NCBI GenBank assembly: GCA_945928645.1
Contig: CAMENR010000002.1
Coordinates: forward strand, 1,048 to 65,047
Direction: 5' to 3'
Length of the DNA: 64,000 bases
DNA from: an uncultured Clostridia bacterium
GTDB lineage: Bacteria; Bacillota; Clostridia; Christensenellales; UBA1242
Below, in pieces: positions 56,201 to 62,200 of this stretch. Each line of letters begins with the position of its first letter. The first letter of the stretch is position 1. The position numbers were made by a program, and so were the translations under genes. The notes beneath the pieces were generated by a model. That model was not told the DNA's origin. It saw only the letters and a program-made list of their open reading frames with translations, and did not search any database.

Positions 56201-59200
56201 TTCAAGAAATACAAGGGATAGTAACTCGTGATGGAGTTAAGGATAGTGTTGGTGTTGCAAGTTATTATAGAGATGGAAATACAACCAACATTGCAAGAGA
56301 TATTCTAACTGAAGGCTATTACACAGCCAGAGTAAAAGAACTTAACAACAGCAACTACACAGTCGAAGGCTCAACCAATTCTATAGTAAATTGGCGAATA
56401 GTAAAACGCAAATTGATAGTAAATTGGACACCAAACAACAGCAACACTATTGTGGACAAGACAGAAGAAATTTGGTCTGTTCAATATGCCAACACACCTA
56501 GATATTTTGTGCCAACATTTAGCAATTTGATAGCAGGGATAGACAGTCCAACACTCACATTGGAATATTCCTTTAGGAATGGTAGTGTGTATGAAAAAGT
56601 GCAGTCAGGCAATATAATCAATGTAGGGTCATATAGATGTAGTGTTGCAATAGGGGACAACGACTATTATTTGCTAGAAGACACCCTGGGGGTTGGGTAT
56701 TTGGAATGGAAAATTTCGAGGAAGAGTGTCAGAGCCAATTGGTCCAATCTTTCGCTTATGTATTGCGCAACAGCGCTAAGACCAACCCTAAGTTTGACTG
56801 GAGTATATGGCAACAGCATAGATACAAGCAGTGTTAGCCTAATATTTTATGATAGTAGCAATAGACCTTTGTCAGGAGATCCTATTTATGTTGGGGTATA
56901 TGGTGTTCAGGTAAACAAAGAGGCTTTTGAAAACATCAACTCAAACTATCAAATATTAGACGAAGACAACGCCATTGTTTCCTGGCAGATAACCAAGAGA
57001 AGCGTATCATTTACATCTTACAAAAACAACGGGGCTTCAATGGTTTATGACGGCAATGCTCACTATTACTTTGGTGCAAACAAGGACGGTGACGCAGGGT
57101 TGGATCTTATTTCAAAATCTGCGTCTATGACAGATTCACAATATTCTGCTATTCTTAGCGATATGAACAGCAACTTGTTCCTAGTGCCAGTGATTTCCTA
57201 TGTGGATAACGATGGAAATATGCATATTGTCGCCGATGATTTTACTATAGATGCAGGTTCCTCTGAAAGTGAAATTAGAGCAAATATAATAGGTATTTAC
57301 AACAGATGTATAAATGCAGGAATATACACCTTGTCGTTTAGGCTCTATGACAAGCAGGGAGTTTCAAACAACTATGTTTTGGCTATTCCTCAAGACAGAT
57401 ACAACTGGACGATTTCACGCAAGGTTGCAGAATTTAATTGGAGTGGCGATGGAGAAGGCTGGAATACCGACAGCGCAGGAGTTTGGTATGTAGTATATGA
57501 CAAGCAACAACACTCCTTTAGTGCAACAGTAAGCAACAAGAAAGAAGGAGATGATGTCAGCATAGCTTCTTACACCGACAGCACTGCCACCAATGCAGGC
57601 AACTATACTGCAAGGGTTACATCTCTTCGTGGAACTTCAGCCAATAACTACCAAATAGACTCAACCAAAGCATATCAACTGTGGACTATAGCAAAGAGAG
57701 CAGTGGAAATCTCTTGGAATAAAGGTGTATTGATTGAAACAACAGGAGGATTTAGTGCAACTTATTCTGGAGAGGAGATAGCCTTCATACCTTCATTAAA
57801 TGTAATGGAAGGAGATAATGTTTCAGTCAAAACTACTCTTACTCTGACAAGTTCAGGCGCAACAGTGGATAGAGCAGTAAATGCAGGCAGTTATAAAATT
57901 ACAATAGTTGACTTGGAGGGGGATCTAAGCAAAAACAACTATACCCTAGATTCTGTTGTCACTAGCGAAAGGTCAAGAACATGGACAATCAAGCCAAAAG
58001 AAATAACAATCCAATTCCCATTTGGAAGTTTCACTATTGATGAGGGTAGTAGATCAATTAAAACAACTTATACAGGCGCAGACATATCCTTTAGTGTAAG
58101 TTTTAATGATGTTGTGGAAAAAGATAAAAACTACCTGCTCCCACATTACAACTATTCTTATGTTACGGACAACCTAGACGCTACCTCTCAAATTATTGTA
58201 GAGTCAAGAGAATCAAATTCTTATGTGTTACTTAAAAATGTTAATGAGAACAATGAAGTTTGGCAAAGTGTAGTTATTACATTGGTTTCTCCTGACAATC
58301 CAGTAATTGCAGGGAACTATACTCTTAGAGAAGGTGAAGGTTCATGCAAATTTGTTGTGATGAAAAAGACGATTAGTATAACTGGTTGGAAAATAGGAGA
58401 AAATATATATACAGATGGTGAACCAATCGCCAATGCTTATACTTTTGATGGCACATTAAAGAACCCAGCTCCAGTAGTATCGGGATTGAGTAGCGAGATA
58501 TCTTCTCCATTGACATATAGTTATAAATACAGCAAGGAAGAGACTTTCTTGAATGTAGATTCTGCTTATTGGCAAATAATAGAAGATGATGATGTCAATC
58601 AATATCTCACTCATGCAGGCAAGTTTATGATAACAGCCAAACTGAATGGTAAATTGGCAGAAAATAATTATTCTTTGGACACTTCATCTATTAACACCTT
58701 TAGATATGAAACATCAAAATACACCCCAACTATTACAGTTGTTCCTCTCAAAATGGGCGACCTAAAAGTTGGAGCAACCGCAGAAGATAAAACAACAAAA
58801 GTGCTAGTAGTTGTGAACTCTGCCAATAAAACACTTGACGTAGGTCAAGACAATACTTTTGTTTACCCAAGTGGCACAGTTACATTGAAGAATGGGGATA
58901 AAGTATTAAATAATCAAACACTTAGCACAAAATCAGCACTATCTGACGGATCTTTTGATGGGTATAAGGTATATGATTTGTTCAATCTGCTGGTAGTAAA
59001 TGACACCGATGACAAAAATTTGATGTTTGCAGTCTTTTCCTACACAGAAGAGGCAGATGCACAATATCATCCAACCATAACATACAATCCAGATATATTC
59101 AGCACAACAAATTATTATGACTATGCATCGGTTACTAATATGACAGTTGATTCCAACGACTTTATCCCAAAAAACAAAGCACAAACCGATCCATTGGCAA

Positions 59201-62200
59201 TGTATTATGCGGTAGGTTCGGGAGATACTATTAGTTATCATAAAGTAAGTGACAATCTACCTTTGAAAAATGAAAGTGGTGGTGCTTTGGTGTATGGAGA
59301 CAAAATTACTCTTTATGTTTTGGGTGGAGTATTGTTGGATGAAAATACTTTTGGTGTAAAACTTCATGGTAGAGATAGTGCAATAACAACCAGTTTGACA
59401 TCAGGTGAAACAACTAAAGAAGCCAATGGAATTGTTTGTTCAATTTCTGTTGTAAAAATGGAAACCAACGATGCTTTCTACACATACTATGTTAATTATT
59501 ATAATAGTCTTACTGAAAGTGAAAAAGCAAAAGTTGCAAATATAGGGAATGGTGGCTATGTTAAGGTAGAAGTTACTCTACTCAGCACTGGAACAACTTA
59601 TATAATGGGCTACAAACAAGGTGGAAATCAGACAGATGATAAAGGAACAACCAGTTATAACGAGGCAACTTCACCAAAAGCAAAAATTGTGGTAGAAAAG
59701 AAAACTGTTCTTCTACACACTCCAGATGCTAAGATAAACTATGGTGATAACAATATTCAGTTTATCAAAGAAGGTAGTGCTATTCCATACAACTATTATA
59801 GTGTTAATAGCGGTAAAACATCTTATCCAAGTTCTGCATTGGGGACAGAAGGGGATTGGACTGGGGTAGATATTTTTGATGGTTCTGGTGTGTTGGAAGG
59901 AGATAAATCAGAGTTAGAAGGCTTTATTACCCCTGTGGTGAATAACATTTCCAGCCTAAATCCAGGCAAAAATGCAGGCATAGTAACTATTTCATTTGTT
60001 CACGACAATTACAATATTACTTCTGATACGGGTGCAGTGTGGGTGTTGAGTCAAATGGTTGGGACTGAAGATGTAAAGGTTCAATTCAAATACAAGTATG
60101 TTTATGACACCACAGAAAAAGTCATTGCGGATAGTGATATCATAGTGTATGTAAAAGGGAAGTTGTTTACTGATTATCACATTATGAGAATGGAAGACAC
60201 TACCAATGCCGGCACAGGAAAGATTTATGTTGCAATCGGGGTAGATACAAATGGAATTCCAAAAGATAGCGCATACACTTCTGGTGTTAATGGACCAGAT
60301 CCAATTTCATTTGAAAAGACATTTACAATTGAAGCACTTAACCTTGACCAAACAACATACAAGCAACTAGGCACAACGGGATTGTATTATGGAGTTATGA
60401 ACAAAACTTTGGTATTTGATGAATACCTAACTAGCGAAGAAACTTACAATGGAAGTGCTATTGAAAAAAATCTTTCAAGTCGAATTTATATTCAAAACAG
60501 CACAAATACCAACTATATTGATTTAGGCAATCTTACGGCTTCTCATAATTCAAATACCAATGCAGGAACTGCAACTCTTACTATCACAGGCAAAAACAAT
60601 TTAACTGGTAGGATTGTTTTGACATTTAAGATTAAGCCAAAAACAATTGACACAAGTTATATTGGAGAGTATGAATTAACCTTGAGTGGTGAAACATCTA
60701 CAGGCAACCAATTTGTTTATAATGGTGGGGCAATCAAACCTGTTATTAGCTTTATCAAACTTAATAACCCTTCCAAAACTCTTACATTTGATGCCAATTA
60801 CACTTATCTTAAAGGCGATCAAACTGCAATTTCCGATTATGGTGGCAACCCTGTTAATGTGGGTAGTTATTGCATCAGAGTTAATATAACTGGCGACTAT
60901 CCAAATCAAAACTACACTGGCACAGTTTATCTAGCCTACAATATTGTCAAAATGAGTATCGAAAACAATAATCTTGTAACAATCGACGTCAACGATAGCA
61001 GTCTTGTCTATACAGGATACAACTTGTCGCCATCGATTGCTATAAAGAGAAATGGCAAAACTTATGTCGATGGAAGTTTTGTATGGCAAAATAATATTGA
61101 TATTTCCAGTGACTTTAACTTCACTTATAATGCAACTCATGCAAATGCAGGTTCTCATGAAGTTGTTATATCAGCAAAGGATGGAACAAACTTCTCTGGC
61201 AGTGTTACAAAAATATTTACAATTAAGCAAAGAAGTTTGGCAGATGTATCGTTTGAAATAGAGTCTCAAACTTTCACAGGCACGAAGATAACTCCAATAA
61301 GAGATGATATAACAGCGACTCTTAACCCTTATATTCTTACTGCTGATGACTATGACTATGCTTCTTTGGGCGAAAATGTCAATGTTGTTTATAACGAACA
61401 TGGGATCCCAGTGTTTAGTGGTAGCATAACTGCAACTGGCAAAGGCAACTTTAGTGGTTCGAAGGTGGTGCAATTTGTGATCACTCCACTGGAGGTAACG
61501 CAAGAAAATAACAACAAATTTGTTGTAACATTTGACAGTTCGTCCTTTGAATATTCTGGGGAGGAGATTAGACCAAATGTAGAGGGAATATCCTTTGTAG
61601 TTGGACAAAATTCCTATCCTCTAGTAATGGCAGATTGGACAAGCAGAGAGTTTGGGTATTCAAACAATATCAATGTTCCAACCAATGAATCTGCTAAGCC
61701 AACTATTAGTATAACCCTCAGCGGAAACTTCACAGGAACTTTGGAAAAGACTTTTGAAATTTTGCCAAAAGAAATAAAAGAAGGACTTTTCTTTGTGGTG
61801 GATCAAACGGAAGATTTGCAAGATACTATGACTTCTATTTCTCCAAACCTTTCCAATGCCACATACACAGGTGCAGTGCAGAATAAGGCAGTGGCTGTTT
61901 ATCAAAAATTTGTGCTAGAAGACGGTTCGGTGGAATATAGAAGGATAACGCAAATAAATACAGGCAACAACGACCTGCCTAACTTCAAGTTGAATTACTT
62001 GTCAAGAATTATTGACAATCCAATAGAAAGCGATTATGCAGTCAATGTGGGTTCTGCATTTGTAAAAGTTACAGGGCAGAACAACTACACTGGTTCAATC
62101 TACTCATTCTTCAGCATTGACCCTCTGGATATTCAAGTGGCTTTGGACAAGTGGATTGCCGAAGGGGCAGAAGCATCATCTAGTGGCAGAATTAAGTTGG